Shown here in pieces: positions 1 through 9,677 of a stretch of DNA of 64,000 nucleotides. This DNA is from an uncultured Candidatus Saccharibacteria bacterium. Its GTDB lineage: Bacteria > Patescibacteriota > Saccharimonadia > CAILAD01 > GCA-016700035. Made by a program: the position numbers and the translations under genes. The stretch lies in assembly GCA_964583675.1 (NCBI GenBank), contig CAZOVH010000001.1:81754-145753 (forward strand). Direction: 5' to 3'. Below the pieces are notes generated by a model. The model was not told the origin of the DNA and made no database searches. It saw nothing but the letters and a program-made list of their open reading frames with translations. How positions within the stretch are numbered: position 1 is the stretch's first letter; each line of letters begins with the position of its first letter.

Positions 1-586
1 GATTAGGATTTACTACTTGGGTTCTTAAAAACGTTCCGTAATCCATCAGTGCCCAATACCATTCCCGTGGATGTTCTCTATCTACTGCCCCGGCAATAAA
101 TGGCAAAATTTCTTTATCCGTCACACCTTCCCGATCGCCAAAAAAATGATGTAGGAACACTCTGCGTATATTTGTCTCAATAAAAACCACTGGCTGATTG
201 AATCCGTACGCAACAATCGCTCCCGCAGTGCCCGGGCCAATACCGCTGTATGTCTTCAGCACTTCAACATCACTTGGCAAATTGCCGTCATAATCTACAT
301 GCACCCGCCGGGCGACTGCTTGCAGCCTTAAAGCCCGCCGGTTATATCCTAGCCCTTTCCAAAGTCGCAACACATCTTCAGTAGAAGCGGCTGCCAAACT
401 TGCAAAATCTGGCCATTTCTCAACCCAAGCTTCAAACTTAGGGCGCACCCTATCGACCTGAGTTTGCTGCAACATAAACTCGCTCACCACCACATTGTAA
501 GGTGTAGGCTCGTCGCGCCAAGGCATTTGGCGAGCATGCTCACGATAGTAATTCCAAACAATTTCCTGAAATTCGACAATACGCAT
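1..586 (-). CDS. mutY: A/G-specific adenine DNA glycosylase MutY (N-terminal part; gene continues past window start)
   Basis: Minus-strand ATG at 586..584. My translation MRIVEFQEIVWNYYREHARQMPWRDEPTPYNVVVSEFMLQQTQVDRV... matches the HhH-GPD MutY N-terminus. There is no stop before position 1, and it is absent from the ORF track because it is truncated. Confidence 0.7.
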   Translation of the reverse strand, partial: MRIVEFQEIVWNYYREHARQMPWRDEPTPYNVVVSEFMLQQTQVDRVRPKFEAWVEKWPDFASLAAASTEDVLRLWKGLGYNRRALRLQAVARRVHVDYDGNLPSDVEVLKTYSGIGPGTAGAIVAYGFNQPVVFIETNIRRVFLHHFFGDREGVTDKEILPFIAGAVDREHPREWYWALMDYGTFLRTQVVNPN

Positions 587-656
587 ATATGGTTACAGTA
601 TACAAAAATGAAAAACGGCCGGGCATAAAGCCCGACCGGTGATCTCACCTAAGAGA

Positions 657-1313
657 TCACAAGAAGGTGGCGTGGGCCTCGGCCCATTGGAGTGCCTCCG
701 TAGCTCGATCACGCCCACGCAGAAGCTCTCGACGCAACGTGGGTGGCAACTCAGTATCGCCCCAGAAATAGTTCCAGGATCGATCAGTGGGATTCACCCA
801 CAGCAAACGGTGCATATGCTTGCGCTCGCCAGCCCGGAACCAAGCCGCAGGCTCAACACCAATCTTGGTGTAGCCCGCTGACAACAGTGCCTTGATGCTG
901 GCCGTATTACCGAACAACACCTCCGACTCAATCGCCATCAGGTCCAAAACATGGACAGCGTAATAGCAACGCGCCCGATGCGCAGACTTGGCAATCTTCT
1001 TCCCCCACATATCGCGGCGAAAAATGAGACTACCAGAACTGTAACGACTCGGCTTCTCATGAAGCGAAGTGATGCCGATCGGCTCCCCTTCGAAGCGAAG
1101 CGACCACATCACAGAACCGGCATCAGTGCGACACCTCTCGAACCACTCATCCTCGTCTCGCTCGGTCTGCGCCGAAGGCAAGCCCAGCGTACGGGCAAGT
1201 TCGTAGCTCTGCATGCCAGCCGCAATCTTAGCGGAGTCCGAGGCCTGCAAAGGCTCCATGGTAAACTCCAGCCCGTCATCGGTTGTAACACGCATCGAAA
1301 AGCCAAAAGCCAT
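657..1313 (-). CDS. GNAT (RimJ/RimL-like) N-acetyltransferase, high-GC
   Basis: 218-aa ORF with GNAT motif B-like NTASIKALLSAGYTKIGV. SD AAGGAGAAAG lies upstream of the ATG. Local GC is clearly above the flanks. Confidence 0.55.
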   Translation of the reverse strand: MAFGFSMRVTTDDGLEFTMEPLQASDSAKIAAGMQSYELARTLGLPSAQTERDEDEWFERCRTDAGSVMWSLRFEGEPIGITSLHEKPSRYSSGSLIFRRDMWGKKIAKSAHRARCYYAVHVLDLMAIESEVLFGNTASIKALLSAGYTKIGVEPAAWFRAGERKHMHRLLWVNPTDRSWNYFWGDTELPPTLRRELLRGRDRATEALQWAEAHATFL

Positions 1314-1656
1314 GACTTTCTCCTTCTTGTACTAGGTTCACTCGACGAGAGGGTTCTCGTCGAGCAATTGATCTCCGAAATGCGCTTAATGTAAATTCTT
1401 AATTTTCGATATAAAAAAGCCTCCTTTCGGAGGCCAATTACTCGAAAAGAATGAGATTTACTCGAGTACCAGACCTCCTGGAATTGTGCGTACAGCAACA
1501 TGCCCAGCTGATTTCGCATCAGCCGAGAAAGTTGGGTGTTCGATCATGTAATCGAGTAATCTATTCATAATATCTTTATTAAAACACTAATGTTAATTAT
1601 TGTCAACAAATTAACTGAAATATGTTATGCTTTCTATATATTAAGGGGACATAACT

Positions 1657-2235
1657 TTGCCGAGCATACATAAGCCACTGTTTTTAATAACCGGCAGTTC
1701 GGGTGTTGGGAAAAATGCTGTTATTGCCGAGTTGGTGCGTCAGCACCCCACCCTAGCTCAAGTTATCAGCGTAACTACCCGCTGGCCAGCTAGGGCTCAA
1801 GAGAAATTTGCTGAGCACTACTTTTTTGTCGACAATGAGCGGTTTGCCTGGCTTGAAGAAACCAATCAGTTAGTCGAAAGTACCTTTGTGTATGGCGATC
1901 ACTACGGCACATTGGCTTTTTCGCTCGATCACACGATTGCAAGCGGCAAAACACCAATCCTCACCGTCGACCCCAAAGGTGTTGAGAACTACCGCCAGCT
2001 TGGCTATACCGTAAAGGTAATCTTCTTAGATTTTCCAGATGCGCGAACACAAAAAGATCGCATCATAAAACGCCAACCCAATATTAGCCCCGAAGAACTC
2101 GACGAGCGTCTGGCCGAAGCCGCTCAAGAGCGCGCTTGGGCCAATACTCAAGCGCAAACTCCAGATTTTGCCGTGGTGGTTAACGATAAACTCGGTGCCT
2201 GTGTACAAGACGCCGCCCGAGCTTTGGATTTATAA
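1657..2235 (+). CDS. gmk: guanylate kinase
   Basis: 192 aa with a P-loop GSSGVGK and a guanylate kinase-like core (TTR, YFFV, YGT). Apparent TTG start. Confidence 0.8.
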   Translation: MPSIHKPLFLITGSSGVGKNAVIAELVRQHPTLAQVISVTTRWPARAQEKFAEHYFFVDNERFAWLEETNQLVESTFVYGDHYGTLAFSLDHTIASGKTPILTVDPKGVENYRQLGYTVKVIFLDFPDARTQKDRIIKRQPNISPEELDERLAEAAQERAWANTQAQTPDFAVVVNDKLGACVQDAARALDL

Positions 2236-2340
2236 GGTTATCTTTTAAGCTAATTTCCAGCTAAGTTCGCGTTATAATAGGGCTTGCTGGATTGCATTCT
2301 TGGCCGAATTATTCTAAGCTACTCCAGTTCTTAAAAAACT

Positions 2341-3726
2341 ATGCAAAAATCACCTAAACCAGATTTTATCTATGATCCAGTTCGGGACAAGCGGCACAAT
2401 CTGAAACGAGTCGCCGGTCGCCCGAAAAAGCCAATGGCGCGCTGGAAAAAAGTTCTTATTTTTATTGGTTGCTGCCTCGCGCTCGGCCTGGTTGCTTTTG
2501 GTATTTTTACGTTTACTAACATTGCAAAAATCGCACCAAATTTCTTCAAGTTTGAAACTAAACTAAAAGGCGAAGATGAAGGCCGTGTTAATATTCTCCT
2601 CATCGGCACCGGCGACCCTGGTCACGATGGTGAAGGGCTTGCTGACACCAATATTTTGGTCAGTGTAAATACCCGCGAAAATAAGCTCGCCATGGTCTCC
2701 ATTCCGCGTGATACACGCGTAAAAATTGATGGGCATGGTAGTAAAAAGATTAATGAAGCACACGCATATGGTGATATCCCGCTGGCCACCGATACCGTCG
2801 AAAACTTTTTAGATGTACCGGTCCACTATTACGTGCGTGCCAACTTCACTGGACTCAAACAAGCCGTAGATGCAGTTGGCGGCATAGAGATAGACAACAA
2901 ACAATTGCTCTACGATCCAGAATATCCATGCGATAAAAACCAATGGAAGAGTTGCGGTTTTAAGCTACAGCCAGGTAAGCAAAAAGTAGACGGCACGACT
3001 GCGCTCAAATACGCCCGCTGCCGCAAGGGTACCTGTGGCGATGACTTTGGTCGGGCCGCTCGTCAGCAAGAAGTTATTACTGCCATTCGCACCAAAGCTA
3101 TGAGCACCGAAACTATTTTGAACCCAGCAAAACTGACGGCACTCATTCAAACGGCCGGCGACAATGTAAAAACAGACCTTTCCGTACAGGGCATGCTACG
3201 CCTCAATGACCTCACAAAAGACATCCCTAACGATCAAATCGTCAATGCCGTGTTCTCGCTGGAGCCAAACGGATTTCTTAAGCCTGACCCAGCAGGCTCG
3301 AGCGACCTCCTGCCAATCGATACCACGCTCACCTCTATTCAAACCTTTGTAAAAGACATCTTTAAGCTTGGCCCTATATGGAAAGAGAATGCCACTATCG
3401 TCATCCAAAATGGTACAGCCACAGCTTCACTCGGCGGCAAACTCGAGGCTAAGCTCGAAAAAGAAAAGCTACCTTTCACCATCACGCAGGTAACCAATGC
3501 CTTAAAGCGAGACTATACAACAACCCAAATTATCGACTATACCGGTGGCACAAAAAATAACACCAAGTCTTATCTTGAGGGTGTACTCAAAGTAACTGCC
3601 ACCACACCAGAAAAAGAAGTGAAGAATCCACCTCAAGATTTTGTCATTATTATTGGCTCAGACTACGGCAATTACCTACCAACGCCATCTCCGTCACCAA
3701 CAACTAATAGCTCCAGTCGTCGCTAA
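2341..3726 (+). CDS. LytR-CpsA-Psr (LCP) family cell-envelope polymer transferase
   Basis: 461 aa. N-terminal TM anchor, LCP core (NILLIGTGD, SIPRDT) and a C-terminal LytR_C-like domain. Confidence 0.75.
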   Translation: MQKSPKPDFIYDPVRDKRHNLKRVAGRPKKPMARWKKVLIFIGCCLALGLVAFGIFTFTNIAKIAPNFFKFETKLKGEDEGRVNILLIGTGDPGHDGEGLADTNILVSVNTRENKLAMVSIPRDTRVKIDGHGSKKINEAHAYGDIPLATDTVENFLDVPVHYYVRANFTGLKQAVDAVGGIEIDNKQLLYDPEYPCDKNQWKSCGFKLQPGKQKVDGTTALKYARCRKGTCGDDFGRAARQQEVITAIRTKAMSTETILNPAKLTALIQTAGDNVKTDLSVQGMLRLNDLTKDIPNDQIVNAVFSLEPNGFLKPDPAGSSDLLPIDTTLTSIQTFVKDIFKLGPIWKENATIVIQNGTATASLGGKLEAKLEKEKLPFTITQVTNALKRDYTTTQIIDYTGGTKNNTKSYLEGVLKVTATTPEKEVKNPPQDFVIIIGSDYGNYLPTPSPSPTTNSSSRR

Positions 3727-3729
3727 GAG

Positions 3730-3894
3730 TTAGTCGATCGGTATAATTGTCTCACTTGGCACGGGAGTTGCCTCCGAACGTTTGCCACCATTAAAAGCGT
3801 ACCAAGCGAGTGCAAAAATCGTTGCGGCCATCAAGAGAAGCACCATACCCATAATGATGATACCTCCAGATTGTGTGCGACGTGGCTGATTCAT
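3730..3894 (-). CDS. small single-pass membrane protein (54 aa)
   Basis: ATG at 3894. The product MNQPRRTQSGGIIIMGMVLLLMAATIFALAWYAF... has one hydrophobic helix. The longer track ORF 3730..4191 overlaps rarA and is unlikely. Weak RBS. Confidence 0.3.
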   Translation of the reverse strand: MNQPRRTQSGGIIIMGMVLLLMAATIFALAWYAFNGGKRSEATPVPSETIIPID

Positions 3895-3970
3895 ATACCT
3901 ATAGTAAATCAGCTTACGTCCAAACTCCAGTGTTCGGCATTTCTTCGTCATTACCTGATATACTATCTGT

Positions 3971-5179
3971 ATGACTAGCGATAATTCACACCAAAAAATT
4001 GAATTTCGACCGCTTGCCGATCGCCTGCGGCCCCAAAACCTGAAAGAGATGGTTGGCCAAGAAGCCGTCATCAGCAAGGGAAGTTTTGTTCGCGAGCTGG
4101 TTGAATCCGGACAAGTAGCGTCACTGATCTTTTGGGGGCCGCCGGGTTGCGGCAAAACCACTTTGGCTCGCATTTTAGCCCGCTCTGGCAACTATCACTT
4201 CGTCGAAATTTCTGCCGTCACCGCCTCCAAAGCAGATGTCATGCAGGTGATTGAAGATGCCAAGGCCATGCAGCGACTCGGCACTCAAACTATTTTGTTT
4301 GTCGACGAAATTCATCGTTTTAATAAGGCTCAGCAAGATGCTTTTCTTCCTCACATCGAAAACGGCACAATCATTTTTATTGGTGCCACTACTGAAAACC
4401 CAAGTTTTGAAGTGATTGCCCCTTTGCTCTCGCGTAGTCGCGTAGTCGTCCTCGAAGCAATTCCAAAACCTGAGCTCACAAAGCTCCTCAAACGCGCACT
4501 CAAAAACTACTCCTCAACCAAAGCCGATAAAGATGCACTCGACCTACTAGCCGAACTCTCAGTTGGTGATGCTCGCGCCGCTCTCGGTGGCCTCGAGGCC
4601 ACCATACAGATTTCCCCCACACATATCACAATCGAAGCCGTAAAACAGGCCATGCAAACCCTGGCTCTCAGTTACGACAAAACTGGCGAATATCACTACA
4701 ACCTAATTTCTGCTTATATTAAGTCTATTCGTGGTAGCCATGTAGATGCAGCTCTGTTCTATCTTTTTCGCATGCTCGAAGCTGGCGAAGATCCAAAGTT
4801 TATCGCCCGCCGCTTAGTGATACTTGCCTCCGAAGATATCGGCATGGCAGCGCCAGCGGCGCTCAATCTAGCTGTTAGCTGCTTCCAAGCCATCGAGCGC
4901 GTGGGCTTGCCGGAAGGTGAATATGCATTAGCTCACACAACAATTGCGCTGGCAAAATCCCCCAAAAGTCGATCAGTAGCCGACGCCATGGGTCGCGCCA
5001 AGAAATCGGTAAAAAATAATCCTACTGCGCAAGTACCACTGGGGCTCCGGAACGCACCTACTAAACTCATGAAAGAGTTGGGTTACGGCAAAAACTACAA
5101 GTGGAAAGCCGATTTCCAAGCACCCGAGGGTTTCTTGCCAGAAGAACTGCAAAATGAACGCTACTTTTTTGATGACTAG
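3971..5179 (+). CDS. rarA: replication-associated recombination protein A (AAA+ ATPase RarA/MgsA)
   Basis: 402 aa. Walker A FWGPPGCGKTT, Walker B LFVDEIHRFNK, and a MgsA-type C-terminal helical domain. Confidence 0.85.
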   Translation: MTSDNSHQKIEFRPLADRLRPQNLKEMVGQEAVISKGSFVRELVESGQVASLIFWGPPGCGKTTLARILARSGNYHFVEISAVTASKADVMQVIEDAKAMQRLGTQTILFVDEIHRFNKAQQDAFLPHIENGTIIFIGATTENPSFEVIAPLLSRSRVVVLEAIPKPELTKLLKRALKNYSSTKADKDALDLLAELSVGDARAALGGLEATIQISPTHITIEAVKQAMQTLALSYDKTGEYHYNLISAYIKSIRGSHVDAALFYLFRMLEAGEDPKFIARRLVILASEDIGMAAPAALNLAVSCFQAIERVGLPEGEYALAHTTIALAKSPKSRSVADAMGRAKKSVKNNPTAQVPLGLRNAPTKLMKELGYGKNYKWKADFQAPEGFLPEELQNERYFFDD

Positions 5180-5243
5180 TATTTGTGGCCCTATCGGTGA
5201 ATAATACAAGCTAAGTTATCGCACCTAAGCAAGTGAGGTTCCG

Positions 5244-5501
5244 ATGCAGGGAATAAGTCCCGTCCAATTTCGTATCATCGAAGACTGCTTGCCTTCAGAT
5301 CTCAGCCCGAGCGGCAAGCTAGCCATAATCAAACGGTACCGAATCATTTTGACGAAAATGCTGAATGGCCAAGCGACTCAAGATGAGTGCAAGCAAGTCG
5401 AGGAGTTCATGACTCAGGTCTCCGTCAGAAGCATGGCTGAATGTGCTCGACCAGGCTGCACGGTCGTCGAATTCCTGCCGCCCCCATCGTCACCCAGATG
5501 A
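5244..5501 (+). CDS. hypothetical small protein (85 aa)
   Basis: ORF with normal amino-acid composition. An intrinsic terminator lies about 70 nt downstream. Confidence 0.35.
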   Translation: MQGISPVQFRIIEDCLPSDLSPSGKLAIIKRYRIILTKMLNGQATQDECKQVEEFMTQVSVRSMAECARPGCTVVEFLPPPSSPR

Positions 5502-5568
5502 TTAAGCTTATGCTTGGGTTCGCTGCTGCGAGCTGATAGGCTAGATAAGTACTCGAGACAAGGGAGTC

Positions 5569-5598
5569 GCCCGAACCACATAGGTTCGGGCTTTTTAT
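5569..5598 (+). terminator. intrinsic terminator hairpin (gcccgaacc ... ggttcgggc + T-run)
   Basis: 9-bp GC-rich stem followed by TTTTTAT. It sits between the convergent ORFs 5244..5501(+) and 5595..6314(-). Confidence 0.5.
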
Positions 5599-6314
5599 AT
5601 TTCACCTCGCAAATAACTTTGGCGTGTAGCTTCAGGCAATCGCTCAATCGCATAACGCAACATTGTCCTGGGCATCGTTTTATACCGACCATTTTCCTGC
5701 AACCACATCTCCAACTCCTCCTCACTCACCCGCTTGCCGGCTTCTCGCAACATCCAGCCAACCGCCTTATGCATCAGGTCATGTGTGTCCGCGATAAGCA
5801 GCTCGGCAATTTCGTAAGTTGGTTCCGAGTCCCCAGCTCGTATAAAGGCAAATGTTGCCAACATGGCAATCCGCTTTTCCCACAAATTCTTTGAGCGCGC
5901 GAGCTTTTTTAAAACTCCCCAATCGCCCTGCGAAACGAGCCAGGCGCCAACAATATTGGGGGCAGAAGTATCGACTAAGTCCCAATTATTTATTCGTTTT
6001 GCATTGCGCAAGTAAAATGTATAAATTTTTTGCCTGTCTTCCGTATTATCTCGAGTAAATTGCTGCACCAAAACCAAGCAGCCAGCCAAACGCGCCTCGT
6101 GCCACTCGCTTGCAAGCAGCTTTTGTACCTCCAATAGGGACATGTTCTGCACCGCTCGCACATGCTTGCGAGTTGTAGGCACAGTAATCCCAAAAAACTT
6201 ATCTCCCTCACCGTACTCGCCAGGGCCAGTTTTGAAAAACCGCGTGGAATGCTGGGCGCGCACTGGATCTCCTTCTTGAGAAAGCGCTTCAATCAATTCT
6301 TGTGCTGTTTTCAT
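5595..6314 (-). CDS. DNA alkylation repair enzyme (AlkD/AlkC-like HEAT-repeat glycosylase family)
   Basis: 239 aa. FFKTGPGEYGEGDKFFGITVP and the helical repeat organisation are typical of the DNA alkylation repair family. Confidence 0.65.
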   Translation of the reverse strand: MKTAQELIEALSQEGDPVRAQHSTRFFKTGPGEYGEGDKFFGITVPTTRKHVRAVQNMSLLEVQKLLASEWHEARLAGCLVLVQQFTRDNTEDRQKIYTFYLRNAKRINNWDLVDTSAPNIVGAWLVSQGDWGVLKKLARSKNLWEKRIAMLATFAFIRAGDSEPTYEIAELLIADTHDLMHKAVGWMLREAGKRVSEEELEMWLQENGRYKTMPRTMLRYAIERLPEATRQSYLRGEI

Positions 6315-6378
6315 GTTTCAATTCTATCAGCCTATCAATAAAAATACCCCAGGAATCGAAACTCCTGAGGCTACGGCA

Positions 6379-6765
6379 CTAGGCCGATGCAAGGTTGCGC
6401 ATGCGTGCCCGAGCCTGATCGATGAGGTCGTAGATGCCAACACCACGTTCAGCGGCCACTTCGCGAATCAACGCACAGTTGTCATCGCTCAGCAGCTCAC
6501 CGTATTGTCTCAGCTGCATGTACACTTCGCTACCGAAGTCATCACGCAGCATCCACTGGTCGGTACTCGACGGATCACCCACAGGTCTGAGCTCAGCCTG
6601 CAGCAGTGTGTCCGGACCGAAGGATGCTCGGTTACCGAAATCATCGATCACCATGAGACACATATCTACAGAGCTGGACGCGTAGTAGAAAATCTCCGGA
6701 CAACAGCCTTCTTCGTGACAGAGCGTCATCAGATGACGGCGGGGTGCGGAATCAGCCTGAGACAT
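6379..6765 (-). CDS. hypothetical acidic protein (129 aa), second gene of a high-GC two-gene operon
   Basis: ATG at 6765 overlaps the upstream TGA (TGACATG) with a GGAG motif just upstream. Diverse composition (MSQADSAPRRHLMTLCHEEGCCPEIFYY...). GC about 60%. Confidence 0.45.
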   Translation of the reverse strand: MSQADSAPRRHLMTLCHEEGCCPEIFYYASSSVDMCLMVIDDFGNRASFGPDTLLQAELRPVGDPSSTDQWMLRDDFGSEVYMQLRQYGELLSDDNCALIREVAAERGVGIYDLIDQARARMRNLASA

Positions 6766-6766
6766 G

Positions 6767-7225
6767 TCAGCTCCGATCCTGGGAAGAAGCGCCATGATGG
6801 GGCTGTGAAATGGAGATGCGATCAATCTCCTTGCAGATGCGAAGCATCTCCGCCTCGAACTGGCGAACACCCTCTTCATCGAGGCGCACTGCCTGACCGG
6901 CACACAGCAGGGAGACATAGCGCCGACCGCCGATAGTGCCGCCGAACACACAGAGGTTCGAACTACCACCGAAGTTGCGTTGGCAATACCCATCTTCTTG
7001 ATTGAAGTTGGCTCGCACTGCTTGAGCCAGACATTCGACATCGACGTAGTCCAGATGGGCGGTTGCATCACCGACGCGAAGTATCAGCTTGAATTCATGC
7101 ACACGGCTCAACCTACTCAGCGAGACATGCAGCTCTTTGCTGTTCGTTCCACGTACCGTCATACCTTCCGGCAGTCTCGGTGGCAACACACTCGTTGCAT
7201 CTACAACTTGGCCAGTTTGGCTCAT
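6767..7225 (-). CDS. hypothetical protein (152 aa), first gene of a high-GC two-gene operon
   Basis: ORF in the high-GC island, translationally coupled to the 6379..6765 gene. No recognisable domain. Confidence 0.45.
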   Translation of the reverse strand: MSQTGQVVDATSVLPPRLPEGMTVRGTNSKELHVSLSRLSRVHEFKLILRVGDATAHLDYVDVECLAQAVRANFNQEDGYCQRNFGGSSNLCVFGGTIGGRRYVSLLCAGQAVRLDEEGVRQFEAEMLRICKEIDRISISQPHHGASSQDRS

Positions 7226-7304
7226 TTGTTTGGCTCACTTTCTTTCAAAGTGGATAAGGTACAGAGAACTTGAATTCTACCAAAAATATGTCAAAACTTC
7301 AAGA

Positions 7305-7961
7305 TTAAATACCGATGTCGGCAAGCCTATACAAATGTTTTGCTTCCTCCGTACCTGACGCCCTCACCTTGGCATGCTTGCCACGCCCCATAAACAACAA
7401 CACGAGCTCTCCGGCGCGGCCAGAAATCTCGAGCTCAGGCGAAGCCTCAGAATGTTTACCCACACTTCTCTCGTGTGTCTCACCTGAACTCTCATCGTGG
7501 ATTACGAGCCTAAAACGACCACTCACCCGCCGAAATGCAAATCGCGCAAGCTGAGGTACGAATCCCGACAATACCGCTTCCAGCTCATCTGAAATCACCC
7601 TCGAACGCCCGAGCTTACCGCGCAACAAATCCTCGTTGTGAACATAAAACTCAATCACATTAAACGGCAAACGCTTCACCCATGCTGGTGGATGCTCCAA
7701 CTTTGCGATCATCTTCTCATGCCCAATCTGCTTCATTTTCGTAATCGCAGCATCGTGCTTGTGATGTAAAAACGGCATCACAATGCCAGCGCGGGCTGGT
7801 ATGCTGCCTCGCTCTCGAACAATAAGATGTGCTGCCAAATCTTCCACATCCCAACCAGCGCACAATGTATCTGCTCGCCATTCAGCTTGCTTCAACTCTT
7901 TAAGGGTCTTCACAAAAAAAGCTCGCTCAGCCAAAATAATATCTTTTTTACTCAAAGCCAC
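7305..7961 (-). CDS. DinB/YfiT-like protein (mycothiol-dependent maleylpyruvate isomerase N-terminal-domain-like)
   Basis: 218 aa. CAGWDVEDLAAHLIVRER is typical of the DinB_2/MDMPI_N family, which is common in Actinobacteria. Confidence 0.5.
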   Translation of the reverse strand: MALSKKDIILAERAFFVKTLKELKQAEWRADTLCAGWDVEDLAAHLIVRERGSIPARAGIVMPFLHHKHDAAITKMKQIGHEKMIAKLEHPPAWVKRLPFNVIEFYVHNEDLLRGKLGRSRVISDELEAVLSGFVPQLARFAFRRVSGRFRLVIHDESSGETHERSVGKHSEASPELEISGRAGELVLLFMGRGKHAKVRASGTEEAKHLYRLADIGI

Positions 7962-8010
7962 GCTCCTTATCTATCCGATAGTATCACGGAATCTGGCCGC
8001 CTCGCGTATA

Positions 8011-8783
8011 CTGGTTGCATGCATGCTTTCTTTAAAGAGCGCAAAACGCCAATGATTATCGCCCATCGTGGTGCTTCGGCCGATGCTCCAGAAAACACCC
8101 TGGCTGCTTTCCGGGAAGCCATTCGGCAAAAAGCCGATGCCATTGAGCTCGATGTTCAGATGACCAAAGACAAAAAACTCGTCATCATGCACGACCTCAC
8201 GCTGGATAGAACCACAACGGGCAAAGGCTTAGTGTCATCAAAAACCCTCAAAGAAATTAAAACCCTCGACGCCGGTATAAAGTTCAGCGAAAGATTTCGC
8301 GGCGAACGCATTCCAACGCTCGACGAAGTTTTCGCCACATTTGGTAAGAAAACCAACTACGTCGTCGAGCTAAAATTTTACCGACTTAATCCCGGCCGCT
8401 TCGCCGAACGAGTGTACGACTCCGTCGCCAATCACGGCCTAGTCAATCAAACACTTTTCCTGTCATTCGATCACCGACTCCTCATCGATATTGAGAAAAA
8501 TAATGCTGCTGCAAAAACCTGCTGGGCTTTTGTGCCATTTTTTGGCTGGACACCCCCAGGCTGGCTCGTTTCTCGTTTTGATGCGCTGGCTGTCGCGTCG
8601 AGACGAGCAAAATCTGGCTACACAGACCGCCTACACGAGCTAGGCAAACCGGTCGACCTCTGGGCCGGACGCGGCGAGAATGAAGACTACCAAGACGAAT
8701 TGCGTGCTGGTGCGGAATTTATCACCACCAACCACCCTGCCGAGCTACGCCGTGAGCTGCAGAAACACACCACCGCCTCCTAA
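8011..8783 (+). CDS. glycerophosphodiester phosphodiesterase
   Basis: First ATG at 8011 gives MHAFFKERKTPMIIAHRGASADAPENTLAAF... with the GP-PDE motifs HRG and ELDV. The track ORF start at 7827 is probably an upstream extension. Confidence 0.8.
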
Positions 8784-8851
8784 GCTCGGTACTTGAAAAA
8801 GTAAGCCAGTTATGCTAAAATAGATAGCGTCGTAGTCGAAAAACGACGTCT

Positions 8852-9433
8852 ATGAAACACAAAAAGCACATCCCACATACGCATAATCAAAAGAAATCAC
8901 ATGCACTGATGACAGTGGCTACCCTTTCCGTGGCTCTTGTCCTGAGTGCATTTTCTCTTCCTACCCCCAAGAACAGCAGTGCCGCTGCCTCGGAGCTGGA
9001 TCTGGAAACCATGCGTCAGGTGTGCGCCCAGGCTGCACCGGCTTCATCAGCTTATGGAGACTGTCAGGATAGCGCAGACCGCATTGCTGCCTTGCGCGTA
9101 CCAAGCCCAATCGCCTATCTCAACCCGCCCTACCAAGCATTTTCTAATTGTCGCGAAGCTGTAGATTACATTTTTCAAGATCGAATCGACTATCCACGAG
9201 CCGTAAAGGTTGTATTTCGTGAATCTACCAACAATCCTAATGCTCGACGTCCTGGAAGCCAGTACGCCGGCTGTGCCCAGCTCTCTTCTGCCTTGCAACG
9301 CCTATTCTTAAAAGGTCCGTGGAATGACCCTTACTACAACGTACTCGCCCTCCGAGATGCTGTAGACCACCCACGTTGGGGTTGGTGTCACTGGGACCTC
9401 GTGAACTATTGTGGTAAGGGTGGCGAATTTTAA
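8852..9433 (+). CDS. secreted lytic transglycosylase (SLT-domain) protein
   Basis: Signal peptide. RESTNNPNARRPGSQYAGCAQL matches the SLT catalytic region ES..NPNA...G..GLMQL. Confidence 0.5.
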   Translation: MKHKKHIPHTHNQKKSHALMTVATLSVALVLSAFSLPTPKNSSAAASELDLETMRQVCAQAAPASSAYGDCQDSADRIAALRVPSPIAYLNPPYQAFSNCREAVDYIFQDRIDYPRAVKVVFRESTNNPNARRPGSQYAGCAQLSSALQRLFLKGPWNDPYYNVLALRDAVDHPRWGWCHWDLVNYCGKGGEF

Positions 9434-9677
9434 GATGAATCCATAACCTATTCTCCTTATACTTGCATTAGCTTAAAATTTGTGTTAATGTAATTAAGTT
9501 GTCAAACCAGTCTGAACTCCGCAAAGAGTGCCCACGAGCACGCCAATTTGCGAAGCTGAGACCTTGAGCTTAGTCACGTCGTAGACACCATCGAGACGTG
9601 GTAAGGATAGCTCACAAGCTGACAACGCCCCCTAGAAGGCCAACCCCCTTGGCCTTCGTGTACCTTTGGAGTAATCC

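Noticed and set aside
1109-1519. 136-aa minus ORF overlapping the GNAT gene start and the terminator hairpin
   Set aside because: It runs through the terminator and the GNAT SD, and its Arg/Ser/Leu-rich composition suggests an out-of-frame artefact.
3730-4191. 153-aa minus ORF overlapping the rarA 5' end
   Set aside because: The upstream two-thirds is antisense to the conserved rarA Walker A region. Only the distal 54-aa hydrophobic part (3730..3894) was retained, at low confidence.
9540-9677. Possible ydaO (c-di-AMP) riboswitch upstream of the Rpf-like gene
   Set aside because: By eye it lacks the conserved ACGGGGA and CCGAACCCGACAGCUAACCUCGUA elements. Only generic hairpins are present.
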